Origin: Paraglomus brasilianum
Taxonomy: Eukaryota
Length of the DNA stretch: 64,000 bases
Assembly (NCBI GenBank): GCA_910592345.1
Contig: CAJVPI010000006.1
Span: forward strand, 1 to 64,000
Direction of reading: 5' to 3'
Below are positions 14,094 through 27,127 of the stretch, one piece after another (position 1 is the stretch's first letter; every line of letters starts with the position of its first letter). Below the pieces are notes generated by a model. The model was not told where the DNA came from. It searched no databases and saw nothing but the letters and a program-made list of their open reading frames with translations. A program made the position numbers and the translations under genes.

Positions 14094-17000
14094 ATGGGAC
14101 TCAGTTCGGTGGTATCCCGATGTTATCGACAGGTGGATATTCGATTACTTGATTAAAATTCCTGTTTACTGCCTTCTTATAACCTAACCTAATATATTTA
14201 AAGCTTCCGAGATGTCTCCCGATTGGTCGCAGATTTTTTGCAACATCTGCGACACTTCCACCGCGTAATTATGCACAGATAACACCTCCATATGAAACCT
14301 TAGTATCCAACCTATCCGTTATCTCCAAAACTATACTTGGTTCCAAGCCACTTACTCAAGCTGAGAAGATATTATATGCTCATATATGGGACCCCTACGA
14401 AGTAAATTCAATAGTTCGTGGGGAAACATACTTAAAGCTGAGACCTGGTGATTATTTATTCTGGGTAATATTAATTCAGCAAGTAGATAATGCGTTGGAT
14501 TAATTTTGTTTATAATCAAATCGTAGACCGAGTAGCAATGCAGGATGCTTCAGCTCAGATGGCAATTCTCCAGTTTATGCTATCTGGTATGTCCACGACT
14601 GCTGTTCCCACTTCCATCCACTGTGATCACTTGATCGAAGCTTACGAAGGTGCGAATAGTGATGTCAAGGTATGATCTATATAAAATCTATTCAACCATA
14701 TGCTTTCTGTTTTGATCAATATCGTCATGCTTGTTATTGCCTATTTGTCATCAATCGCAGGCGGCTGAGATAACAAATAAAGAAATATTTGATTTCTTGC
14801 AAAGTGCTGCTGAGAAGTATGGAATGTCATTCTGGCGACCAGGCAGTGGAATTATTCATCAAATAGTATTAGAAAATTATGCAGCTCCAGGAGGACTGAT
14901 GTTGGGAACAGGTAATCGGAAGGACAGATTGAATGGAAAAACGGAGATATAACAAACTATATTACAAATCAATTATAATTCTCAGACAGTCACACTCCAA
15001 ATGCTGGCGGTTTGGGTATGATTGCAATTGGTGTTGGTGGTGCTGATGCTGTTGATGCTATGGCTGCTATACCATGGGAACTCAAGGCACCAAAGATTAT
15101 TGGAGTGAAGTTGACTGGAAGATTGAATGAATGGACCAGCCCAAAAGATGTTATCCTGCATCTTGTTGGTAAACTAACCGTTCGTGTAAGTATATGTCAT
15201 GATGAATGTTAACATATGCAAGAGTTACTCAAAGTCCTTGATGGTATTAGGGTGGTACTGGCCATATTATTGAATATTTTGGACCGGGAGTAGACACTCT
15301 TTCGTGCACCGGAATGGCTACTATTTGTAATATGGGAGCAGAGGTAAGCGATAAAACAATGAAGTTTATTGCAAAATCCTCAATCAATAATCTATTGCTT
15401 ATTGTTGTTAAGGTAGGTGCCACCACGTCTCTCTTCCCATTTACTGAAAGCATGTACAGATATTTATCTGTCACTCGACGTGAACCTGTTGCCAAAGCTG
15501 CTGCTTCCAACCGATACTATCTTTCAGCAGATTTACATGCACAATATGATCAAATAGTAGAGATTGATTTATCCGAGATTGAGCCTCATATCAATGGTCC
15601 ATTCACCCCAGATTTATCGACGCCACTAAGTAAATTTGCAAGTCTTGTCAAAGAGAAGGGATGGAAGGACGAGATTAAAGTTGGATTAATTGGTAGCTGT
15701 ACCAACAGTAGTTATGAAGATATGGATCGAGTCACAAGCATTGCTAAACAGGCATTGAAGAAAGGGATTAAGCCAAAAGCTGGCTTTTATATCACACCGG
15801 GGAGCGAGCAAGTAAGGGCGACTATCGAGAGAGATGGACAAATAAGCGTACTTGAGCAAGTCGATGGGAAGGTGCTTGCTAATGCCTGTGGACCATGTAT
15901 CGGACAGGTAAAGTCAACATAGACTGTGTTGGCAGTACATATCAATAATTACTCATTCATATTGTGACAGTGGAAACGGTCAGATATCTCAACAGATGAG
16001 GAGAATGCAATCCTAACCTCGTTTAATCGTAATTTCCGGAGTCGCAATGACGGGAATGCGAAGACAATGAACTTCTTAGCTTCACCTGAGGTAGTGCGAT
16101 ATGGCATATTTTTTACTTCATACGATGTACGGCATCTGGGCATAACAAAATTTTGTTTCCAATAGCTAGTAACAGCAATGACATTTTCTGGGAAATTAAC
16201 ATTTAACCCAATGGTGGACACACTAGTGGATAAAGATGGGAACCCATTCAAATTCAGTAGTCCATATGGGGATGAATTACCTTCAGATGGATTTGATGCT
16301 GGTAACAAACAAGCAAGCGTGAATTGTCCCAATTAATAATATGCAGCTAAATAATTCACGTTTGTCATTTATTTATTGAGGCAACCCCGATTATCATGCT
16401 CCACCAGTATCATATCCAAACTCTACAACAGAAATCAAGATTCCTGCAACATCATCTCGTCTTCAACTCCTCACGCCATTTCCACCATTTCCTGGCCACG
16501 AATTTAAATCGCTCAGAGTTCTAGTTAAAGTGAGCGGGAAATGCACCACTGATCATATATCAGCTGCTGGCCCGTGGTTAAAATATAAAGGCCATTTGGA
16601 AAACATATCTAATAATACGCTTATTGGAGCTGTTAATGATGACAACGGGAAAGTAAACGTTGTCAAGAATGTATTGACTGGTGAGGTGAGTCATACTACT
16701 CTTTTAAATAACTGAAATTGGTGTTATTGTAAACATATCACAAAGATTTCCTAACAATCTAATCTAATACTGTAAAGGATGGAAGTATCCCTGATGTTGC
16801 GCGACATTATAAAGAAAATAACGTTGCTTGGATTGTAATTGCTGACGTATGTTTCTCTCATAGTCAACCTTCAATTAGTGGAGGCTTCTACAAATTCCTG
16901 CGTTTCTCGTATTATTTTATGACATGCTAATTGACATTTCTCGCACAGCACAACTACGGCGAAGGCTCCGCACGCGAACATGCAGCGTTGCAAGTTCGCT

Positions 17001-17314
17001 ATCTCGGTTGTCCTTTAATTATTGCACGTTCGTTTGCACGCATTCACGAGACTAATCTCAAAAAACAAGGCGTCCTTCCTCTAGTATTTGCTAATGAAGA
17101 CGATTATACCTTCTTCAATGGGGGTGATTTAGTGGATACTGTAGGTGTAGTTGGAATTGAGCCTGGTAAGGATGTTATTGTGAAGCTTACCAAGGCAGAC
17201 GGAAGTGTTAAAGAAATCAAGACACATCATACCATGTCAAAGGATCAGATTGAATGGTTCACGAGTGGAAGTGCATTGAACCGTATAGCTTCTAGTACAA
17301 TAGGGAATATTTAA
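14094..17314 (+). CDS. ACO2: Mitochondrial aconitase-family protein, ACO2 (homocitrate dehydratase) type
   Basis: Spliced N-terminus [28 protein letters not shown] looks like a mitochondrial presequence. Motifs: [89 protein letters not shown] rather than DATAQ favours ACO2 over ACO1. Confidence 0.9.
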
Positions 17315-17550
17315 AAATATTTATAATTTCGACTGTCATGTATTTAGCCATTATCTCAAAATCATTCCGGAGTAAATTGTTACTATATTGATATAGTCGT
17401 TACTTGTCTATTCTTCATTTCAGTGATCACTTCAGAAAAAAATTTATTTTTCTGCTTAATCGGCAGATTAGTAGTAGGCGAAGTATGAGCATGTGCAAAA
17501 ATCTAGTATAAATTTAGAACATACGATAGAGTTGCGAAATTTAGAACATA

Positions 17551-18345
17551 CAGTTCCCTCCGAAAAGTCACAAAAGTTTACGAATCACACCATTAGTAAC
17601 ATATCTGTATTTTACGCTTGTTACTTTACAAAAATTTTTCCAGCTTCATTTACTAGAAAAAGATCGTCAAAGTCAACAGAGAGTTTTGCCTGTAACTTTA
17701 ATCGCAAAATCCTCAATATTAACACGAAAAGTTTATTAAGAATTTGTATTCAAAACACAAGTACAAAGTTTCATAATAAATGCTCATTAAAAATGATAAG
17801 CATAGAGACTGTATATTAAAACATTCTAATATCTAATAGGTTTTCCTTTGCTTTGTATAATTGCTTGGCAATACTATTACGAGAATACAAACAGTAACAT
17901 ATAATTACCTTAAAATAACACTATGCCAACCTCCTGGCAATTCAACTTTCCTCCTTGGCTTTTTTGACATTAATTTTATATAATCATCAACTGATAAAAA
18001 TTTAGAGAATCCACTTTCTCCTCGAATATCCATCACATCATTGATTATGGAATTACAAAATGCATTTCACTGACAAGTAACTACCAAAAAGGATAATTTC
18101 GAAATAATGTTGGTAAATATTTGTCGGTAAAACAAAACGATTGTCGGCGAAATGATTGCCTCCATCTTAGACAATTTGAATACATACGAAAATAAGTTAT
18201 TTCGCTGGGATTTCTTATATTTTATAAAAAGTGTAATAAATTCCCCAAGGTGCTGTTCATCAAGTCTGGTGACTGTACAGGCCAGTCAGCACCTCAACAC
18301 CATTACCATTTTTGAGCAGTATGAGAGGTGTGTTTAGGATCATTA
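17551..18345 (-). mobile_element. Degraded, interrupted Tc1-like transposon remnant
   Basis: Minus strand 18345-18243 encodes NDPKHTSHTAQKW..DWPVQSPDL..HLW with frameshifts. About 17872-17830 encodes CQAIIQSKGKPIRY*, a Tc1-like C-terminus. TA|CAGTTCCCTCCGAAAAGT at 17549 looks like a TIR. Confidence 0.65.
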
Positions 18346-18735
18346 CCCACATAAGCTCGAAAAGTCTGTCACCCAATTTAATCACGAACATTATATCAGG
18401 TCGCCTCCCCAATCAGCTACTTCCCTTTTCTTTCTGCACTTGTAGTACTTTGACACTCAGAACTAAATATAAAGAAGGCTTTTCAAATGGGACGTTCTTT
18501 AACAAAGCCCGAATCGCTGGCACTATGATATTAGATACATAAGTACCTTCACTGATTGATCCCACAAATTAGGACTGAAAGCTGTGGTTTCCCATGTATA
18601 GCTCAAAACATCGACGATTCCTAAAGTAACTTCCCTAAGAACGTCAGCTGACTCTTTCCAAGTACCATCGTACAATATTAGGGGTGACTTCCATTCGGTG
18701 CTTTGAACAGGATAACACGGACTGCACAGGTGAAA
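18346..18735 (-). pseudogene. Fragment of a repetitive gene family with a putative PD-(D/E)XK-like motif
   Basis: Minus strand reads SEGTYVSNIIVPAIRALLKNVP..SECQSTTSAERKG..GRRPDIMFVIKLGDRLFELM with frameshifts and stops. Family recognition is from memory of Glomeromycotina repeat-like genes. Confidence 0.5.
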
Positions 18736-19527
18736 CCAATCAACATTTAATTATGAAGAAGAGTATGTTGATATCTGACGCATAATTGATATTACGAATT
18801 AATTTTCGATAATCGGCGCGTCAAGAAGACTTATGATCAAACGGAAGGTTTTTTAATAACAGAAGCCTTACCGAGAGGGAGTGTATTGGATTGGCTTATG
18901 AGATATCAAGAGTGACTTCGTATGATAAGCGGTTGGGTTTTTATGCGAAGATATCCGTGACCCGCTATCGTGTGGTATGGCTCATACGTCTAAAATAACA
19001 AATTTATTAAATCAAGAACTTTCCAGGAAAACGCGAGCTTTGTTTATTATTTACCGTAGAGTTCCGAAAACGAGCCATGCTGTAGAAAGGATATTGCATT
19101 TTGGGCACGTTGCTCCGCAAATAATCGAATGTATGACAATAATATCTATATTCTTTCTGTGATACAAATCATTACCAATAGATTTACTCCTTCAGTAAGA
19201 CATGTATGAAGCGAAATGCAATCTCATAGCTTCAAGTCTTTACTAGTACACAAATTTATGTGGATCTAACTAAAAGCATACCACAAAGGACCGAGGCATG
19301 CAAATGCTTGTTCGCTTTTGATGGCTATCGTGATCCGATATTACGCTTTAGCGACTTGTCTCAGTTCTGGACTGAGTGACTGGGTTCTGATGAGACAGGT
19401 CCCAAACTCGGCTACAGATGTGCCACCCAATGTCAATTTATTTTTCAAAATATATGATCAATGATCGGATCGTGTACCTGTTTTTCATAGTTGGTATTTT
19501 TAATGCCGATCGAGGGTTCGGTGATTC

Positions 19528-19636
19528 ATATTAATTTCTCCTGGTGCACCATATATAGCACATGTGAGCTATAAGGGTTAGGGTAAATTTGCAGATCTCG
19601 TTGGTGCACCACTGGTGTACCAGGCGAAATTAATAT
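19528..19636. mobile_element. Short MITE-like foldback upstream of CYP paralog 1
   Basis: ATATTAATTTCTCCTGGTGCACCA (19528-19551) versus TGGTGTACCAGGCGAAATTAATAT (19613-19636): 24-bp inverted repeat with 2 mismatches. Confidence 0.7.
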
Positions 19637-19792
19637 AATTATGATTATAATCATCGATCGATTTGGGGGGTGGATAGATTTTAAATGCCGGTCGATATTA
19701 ATATCGACCCATCCGATCTAATCGCGCATATAAAAGAGGCCAGTTTCAAAAGTATCTGTTTGTAAAAGACACTTGGGTAACAACACTTTAGA

Positions 19793-22328
19793 ATGGAAAC
19801 TCCCTATGTTGATAATGCAGTCAAAGCGCTTGGAATCATTTCCATTGCGTTATTCTTAAAGTATATGTTTCAAGTAAGAAATACTACTGCTTACAATGTG
19901 TTGGAATCATTATACACCATATAACGTAACATATGCATGAATATTCAACAGACAATTTACGTTGCGTACTTTGGACCATTGAGCAAGATTCCTGGGCCAA
20001 AGCTTTCAGCGTTAAGCACTATCCCACTTTTATTCAGGGGCACTAATGGCAAAAGGTAAATTTACAGAAGGTAAATTTTCATTAGTTTATCTACCATTAT
20101 TAATACTCTTGTTTATTAGATGGTATTGGTATCAACGTGAATTAAGACCCAAGTATGGGAAAATAATCAGAATAGGTAGATCGTGCTAAAACGCATCAAC
20201 TCTATGGTATGATGGCAACTAACTCGTGAAATTTCTTAGGCCCAGACATAGTTCTTGTCAATGATAAAGACATTATCAAACAGGTATAAAGTTAGTGTTA
20301 CTGGTATATCGTTGGGATTAGTTAAAAGTGCTAATGGTCTGTTATATTCCATGATCTCAGATTATAGTTAAAGAAGTAAGTACGGTACAAATATCGAGCG
20401 CGGTGTTATTGGTGTTGTCTCACACAATACCGTCATATTTAATAGGATTGGCCAAAAGGTGATTTCTATAAGATATATAGAGCTGCACCTCATTTACAGA
20501 CATTGTTCTCGACCACGTAAGCGTTCTCCTAATTGTGATTAGTGAAGAAGTGTTGTATATTAGACGAATCTAATCGTGATATTCTTGCTTGTGAAATCAG
20601 CGACAAAGCATTTCATAAACAACGGGTAAGTGCTCAAATACATGACGCATTATATGCTTTCTAGCAGATTATTATTCCCAACATAATTGTTCGTCTCTAC
20701 ATTTAATATACAGCGTCGATTGCTCGCACCGGCTTTCTCTATCAAATACATTCAGTCTCTTGAACCATATGTGGCCAAGTGTATTCGCAATTTGAACGAC
20801 AAGATCGATTCACTGATTCAGGAAAGTTCATCAACTGATGGAGCGGTAATAGACTTGTACAGAATGTTGATTAATACAACTCTGGTGCGTGAACGAAGAA
20901 CGATTAATCTGCCTGTATTATGCCGCACGCTACTGATAGTTATCACTTAATGTTGACAACCTGTTACCTTAAATTGTAGGATTCAATTGGCGAAACTGCA
21001 TTTGGGGGTAGTTTTAATATGATTGGAAAAGGACACCACCCGCTACCAAAAGAGGTTTTTGTGGAGTTGAGCAAGCGTATGCTGGTTTGTATAATTCAAG
21101 AAAGATCTCTTAATTAATTGTGCTCGTTAAGCTCACTTGACAATTTGATCCCATATACGCATAGAGAAATGGATTTCCAATATTCAAACCGTTCGTAAAG
21201 AGTAATCAATATCTGTATGACGTAAGTGCATGCTGCGTTATGTGGGTCTAACTATTAGGTAAAAACACATCCATACTCATTGATTCTACTTTGAAGTTTT
21301 CAAGCGAACTCATCAAACGGCGTCGTCAAGAAGTCGGAGTTCGCCGCAAAGATATTCTCCAGATTATCCTCGATGCTGGGGAAGGAGAAGCGGCATTAGC
21401 GGATATTGACATTTATGAGCAAATTATTGAATTTCTTGTTGGTGGGAGTGACACGACAAGTTATAGCACGTTCTTCGCCCTGTTAATGTTGTTAACCCAT
21501 CCGAGTAAACTGCACAAGCTCATTGAGGAGTTGGACAACGAATTTGTTGATTTACCAAGGAATGAGCTACCAAAACATGAGAAGCTAAAGAATTTACCAT
21601 ATTTGAACGCTGTCATAAACGAGACGTTGAGATTATGGCCTATTTCTTTGGGTAAGTTGGCGCCGTTTAATTAGTCCTAATACCAATTGCTATTCAATTT
21701 GATTTAAACGTCTTTGCTTACCATCACTGTTTCTCATTAAACAGATGGAGGTAACTAGCAATTCTTCAACGCGTTGAAAGGTTCCTTCCCACCCTGTCGC
21801 GAGACTGCGACTTAAAAGGCTGTCGCAGTAACTTCATTAATAGATGATACACTACTATTTTTTCATATATCAGGTAGCGGGCGTTCACCAACAGAGGATA
21901 AAGTTGTAAACGGTGTACTCTTTCCTAAGGGTACTTTAATACTCACTAACTATTACGCTCTTCATCATTCGGCTGAATACTGGGGCAAAGATGTCAATGA
22001 ATTTGTTCCTGAACGTTGGTTCAATGATGACATACCACGCGACGCATTTTATCCATTTTCGGCTGGTTCGAGAAACTGCATTGGACAGAAGTAAGCTTCA
22101 CTTGTGTAATTTCGACACGTAATGATGTAACTTAAAATTTTATATTAACACACATCTATACGCTATAACAGCTTTGCTTGGTTTGAGATGCGTCTTATAA
22201 TCTCGTCACTTTTAAGGCGATTCAGATTTGAGGATATCCCGGGCCAAAATTACTCTGATATTGTGCATATTGTGACACCCTCTCTCGCCCAAGATGAGTA
22301 CAAAGTTCGCGCATGGAACCGACCCTGA
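19793..22328 (+). CDS. Cytochrome P450, paralog 1 (14 exons)
   Basis: N-terminal TM then GPLSKIPGP. I-helix GGSDTT, ExxR (ETLR), FVPERWF, heme motif FSAGSRNCIG. GT-AG introns, including 15-, 25- and 6-nt exons. Confidence 0.95.
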
Positions 22329-24753
22329 CTGTGACCGTGACCGTGACATTATATAATCATCTATATTAGAAATATAGATCATTCTTGAGTTGATAGATTA
22401 ATTTCCAGTTCAAAATGTAAAACATCAAGTAATATAAATAATTTAAAACCTTTCGTACGTTGTACAAAACAAATTCGAATAGTTTTATTTTACTTTCATC
22501 CACTGAATAGCGAATTCCGTTTGCTACATGATTGGCTGATAATTATTTTTTCAATAATTTGGCCAACTCATTGGATAAGAAGATAATACTGTGACTACAG
22601 CTATTAATTTTTGATCGCCTGACGAAACTTTTGGTATAACGCGATATTAGAAATACTGTACGAACTGTAACGATTTTGCTATTAGAATTCGTTATAATGA
22701 GAGAATATATAACTATTGTGGAAATGCTTACTTTGGGGTAAGTATAACGAGTAAGCACCCCCCACATCGTATATAATTAAAACTATTATCCGCGCACTTG
22801 TAATACCATTAGTCGATTTCATACAATTATATTATACCCACTTAGTCATTGATTATTCCACTCAGACAGGTTATGCCCACAGATAGCTACTCTTGTCTAG
22901 AGAATGTACAGTAATTAGCTCTTTGCGCCAGTCCGTATGAGAGAAACCGCTACATGAGATCAATAAAACGCATCGGTTTGTCATGTAGTTTTATATAAAA
23001 ATTTTCTATTCAAATTGCTTCATTTTTGGGTGAGTTAAAAGGGGGAGGGATATTTATTGATTTCGGCTCTACTCCATCTTTTATGGATTGAAATCGCGCT
23101 GTAGTATTTTCAACACCGAACCATAACAATAATCTGCAACTGATAGATACGCTCAATATCCTCCTTAATATTAACATTGTTCTCCAGCTTTATTTTGACA
23201 AGTGACTTTCCTTAGAATAAATTATCAAATGGTAAAGAATAGCCCTATTATAACATCAATATTTTGTATCTTTTAATATAGACGGTTACATTTATAATAT
23301 TACAACTGTCTATCAGTAAGTAATAAATAGATAGTGTATACAAATATTTTTATCAGAAAGACGAAAAGCTTTTGCCAGAGAAGAATTATTTCAGAAAAGA
23401 ACGTTGTCAAAACCATTCACAAATTGTTGATAAATACAGACAAACAAATAAAAACGTGAAGTATGAAATGTACTGTATTCTAATTTGGCAGAGCAACTAA
23501 AGAAGAATGTGACTTTCTCTCAACACGATGGCTCTGGTTATTTTTCGAATGCGGTTTATTTTAAAAAAATAATAATAATTTAAACATTGACAAGGTGTCA
23601 AATTATTTTATAAAAATATGTTGGCATCTAAATTAACGAACGTGTGCAGCAAGCGTAACAAAATTTAACAACTCCGTCTTCCTTTTTTATTGGCCGAGTA
23701 TTTGGCCAAATTTTCTTTATTGCGAGCGTATCTACTAATACAAATTCAGTAGACTTTATTCTGTAGCAGACGTTAATGGTCATGGACCTATTGTCCAGTT
23801 ATACCGCCGTTACAGCATTAAACCTCGATCAGACGGAATTTCGCGTTCAATCTATGAGAAATTTAACAACTCGCTGCTTGGTATTAGACTGACATTGTTG
23901 GGGGTTGGGGGGTTTTTTTTTCTTTTTTGAAATACGCTTATCGCACAAAGTATCGCATTACTTGATAATCAATTAGTAAAAATATATATACTATTTCTTT
24001 TAAAGTCTCTATTGTCTGTATATGCTGTGTAAGTCACAATAACTTTTATATCACGTTAAAGCTAACCGATTGCATTTTAACTATAAGTTATAATGTGAAA
24101 ACATATGAAAAACAACGCCACTTTATTTGTTGTAAATGGACTTGTCAAATGTAGCGTTATTTAATTTGATACATACTGTATATACGGATAAATAAAAAGC
24201 GCAAAACCCGTGAACGATTCATCGACTCGTTGATGTTGTAAACATTTTCATTTGGCAATATTTTTGGCAACTGAAGGCATTTCAGGAGTATGCAGAACAT
24301 GATCCTCCCTGCAAGTATATAAACTGTACCGTTTTGGAAAATTGACTCTATAAGTGGATAGTAACAACTGCTCGTCGAATAGATCATATGACGATTGACA
24401 CATTTGGGAATTTGCCACAGTCCGCAAAAGCACATTTTATTCTATTTGGAGACAATCCTATGTATAGAACAGTATAATTAAGTTAAGGTGTTCCAAATAT
24501 AGAACTTATATGTAGTATAGGGTTAAGAGCATTATAATCGTCGCTATGTGTAATCAGCTTAATAAAGTACCATAAATTAACATGCCTAAATAAGAACTAT
24601 ATTCCCGGTCGGGTGCAACAGTCGAGTAATGGTAGTGCCATTCATCAATTACTTGTTCTAAATATAACTTTAGTCAATTATGCATAATTTCTCTCTATAT
24701 AAAGGCCCTTTTTGCGAAGAACATTTTCATAATCCTTCCCTGTTGTCTACAAA

Positions 24754-25260
24754 ATGGCCAAACTGTTTACTCTTCTTTCAATCCTGGCTGCAGTCATTTT
24801 CATCGAAACGGCTCCCACAAGTGGACAGATCACCACCGCAGTCGAAAGTGAAACCAACTTTTGCATATTTCTTCCCCCACAACTTGGTGGCGGCATTGCT
24901 GAACATGAAGACGATGCGGTCGTATTCTGCACAACACCATTGTCCTCTGCACCCGATGCCGGCCTTATTCCCAGCGGATTCATTAAGACGGCTCACTTTG
25001 CTACTGGAGCCGGTTACGTTCAAGTTACTGGGACAATAGACAGATCAAAATACAATTTGAGTAGTAGTGACGGAGGCGGTCAGTATGACAGTGTAGGCGC
25101 TCCTCCCAGAGCAACTTGCGCTAATAGCAACAAGTTTGTGGAATTGGTTGAACCCGACATAGAACTGTTCTGTATCCGTTGCTGCACTGACAAAAAGAAG
25201 TGTAATACGGGGGAAAGCACCGAGGGATGCGAGCATGTTATCCCTGGCGATTACAGCTAA
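24754..25260 (+). CDS. Small secreted cysteine-rich protein, 168 aa, intronless
   Basis: Signal-peptide-like MAKLFTLLSILAAVIFIETAP and 8 Cys. Motifs FCIFLPP, VVFCT, YVQVTG, DGGGQYD, LVEPD..FCIRCC. TATAAA about 55 bp upstream. Resembles the MP88-like fungal secreted domain (from memory). Confidence 0.85.
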   Translation: MAKLFTLLSILAAVIFIETAPTSGQITTAVESETNFCIFLPPQLGGGIAEHEDDAVVFCTTPLSSAPDAGLIPSGFIKTAHFATGAGYVQVTGTIDRSKYNLSSSDGGGQYDSVGAPPRATCANSNKFVELVEPDIELFCIRCCTDKKKCNTGESTEGCEHVIPGDYS

Positions 25261-25557
25261 GACAAACATTCGTGTCGTGTTAATAAGGTTTTAACAATTG
25301 CTCTGGAAATGTTGTGTAATTACAAGTGTCAGATAATCGTATAATTTGCTGTTTATTATTATTATGTATTATTTAACTGTATAATTAGAATAAATATTGT
25401 TTCAAGAACCAAAGTACTAGTGCTCGGTTGTTGTTTTTTTTTTTTTTTTTAATAATGGGAGCTGCTATAGTTTCCATACAAGTCTCGATGTTATTAACTT
25501 GGCTAACTTGGAGAGATTACATTGGCGAAAACGTTAATTAAGAATGTCCCTGCCAAG

Positions 25558-25696
25558 GGGTCCGTATTATTTCATCGACAATCATTTCACCGACAGTACA
25601 TTTCACCGACAATTAACTACCAAAAAAGGACAACTTCGAAATAATGTTGGTGAAGATTTGTCGGTGAAATGATTGTCGGTGAAATGATTGCCTCCC
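25558..25696. mobile_element. Mutator-like MITE with 9-bp TSD
   Basis: CCTGCCAAG duplicated at 25549-25557 and 25697-25705. Termini GGG...CCC. Inverted subterminal repeats ATTTCACCGACA / TGTCGGTGAAAT. Partial second copy at about 18061-18163. Confidence 0.85.
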
Positions 25697-26347
25697 CCTG
25701 CCAAGTTATGGTATACTGCCGATCAATTATGAGAATGTGTACTAAAAGTAGCAACCACAATGTCGTTGTCATGTAGATCTATACAATATTAACTAAGCAT
25801 TACTACTTTAGTTTTGTAATACGACATCTAATCACCAATCGTACTGCTGATCACTTACGAATATTAATTAAGCATTACTACTTTAGCTTTTTAATTCACC
25901 AATCGTCCGAGTAGATCAATTATTAGCCCCGTTCACGTATTTCAACATTAGCCGAATTCAGCATCAGCCGTGACAATAATCAACCAAATAATATCTTTCC
26001 GTTTACAGCTTAACCTAGATACCAAACCAATGCCTGTTTGATATTTACGAAATAACATTACAAGATGACAAAATGTCTCCAAAACATTAAAAGCAGGCGA
26101 ACAATTTTGTTGTTGATAAAGAATACCTACGGTAGAAGTAACGCTTTTGAGAAAGTCTGTAGTAATTGATACTGCATGGCATCTAATGGAAATTATTTAC
26201 AATGTCAGTTTTACCGTGCTATCTTTCGTATCATAAAATAATATATTTGCTACATGAGTATCTCATTTGCAAGCTTATACAGTATTGATTATAATCAACT
26301 TAGCGAAATCCGATGTTTTCAGAGCTGTTTTATATTTTCATTAGCTA

Positions 26348-26800
26348 CGAGTTTGTAACCCGCCGCTTCGCTGACGGTCCAACTGCATACCTGTAGTGTG
26401 TAACCGTACATAACGATGGAAATAAACTATTAAGCACTATAATCATTCCTCCTATATTATATAAACATATGACTTTATTATATATCAAGTCTTAATGGTC
26501 AGATTCTAAATCTAATAAAACTGCTTAATTTCGCTCCGAGATATTTGTTGTAATGCTCAGGTCTGCGTACATCTTTTGTAACACCTCTGGATATACCGTA
26601 CATCGGGCCTGTTATTAGAATCTTCAGGCTTTGTCTAGACGTAGTCCTAGAGCAAGCAACATAAAGTTGGCCATGAGAAAATACCGAGTCGGCAAATAAA
26701 CTCCTACGTAATTGCCTTGTTGGTGGTCATGGCAAAGGCAGTTGTATGCGGCATTCAAGTAATCGCGTTGGACGAAATTCGAAGAAGAAAGGCACGTGAT
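26348..26800 (-). mobile_element. Helitron 3' remnant (PIF1 helicase C-terminus plus terminal hairpin)
   Basis: Minus strand: AFAMTTNKA..YVGVYLP..VFSHGQLYVACSRTTSRQSLKILI..VYPEVL with frameshifts and deletions. Then hairpin CCGTCAGCGAAGCGGCGG followed about 8 nt later by CTCG|T at 26351-26347. Confidence 0.85.
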
Positions 26801-27127
26801 CCAGAAAAATCACACTGTCGCAAATCCTAAAACTATACTGGTGCGGTGCCAGTTCCCGCATTTCTGTGTCTCTTGATATTAATATTAGTCATAGTTTCCG
26901 GGAAAATGTTATAATTTTACCGAAATCTATGTATCACTGTACGGATGAATGCCCGATTTTAGTCTACTCAGCCGTACTGTAATGCCTATTCTCGTATTAC
27001 TATTATAATTACTGTCGGGAAAATTAACCAATGGGTAGAAAGTCATCTGTTATATAAGGATACGATCAAGTTGTTTTCCAATGCAAACCTAACGAAAAAA
27101 TTGATTTATATAAAACACATAAGATAC

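Noticed and set aside
19572..19584. Telomere-like TAAGGGTTAGGG
   Set aside because: Only two units, inside a MITE; not a telomeric array.
25433..25450. Poly(T) tract as a retro-insertion tail
   Set aside because: No target-site duplication found.
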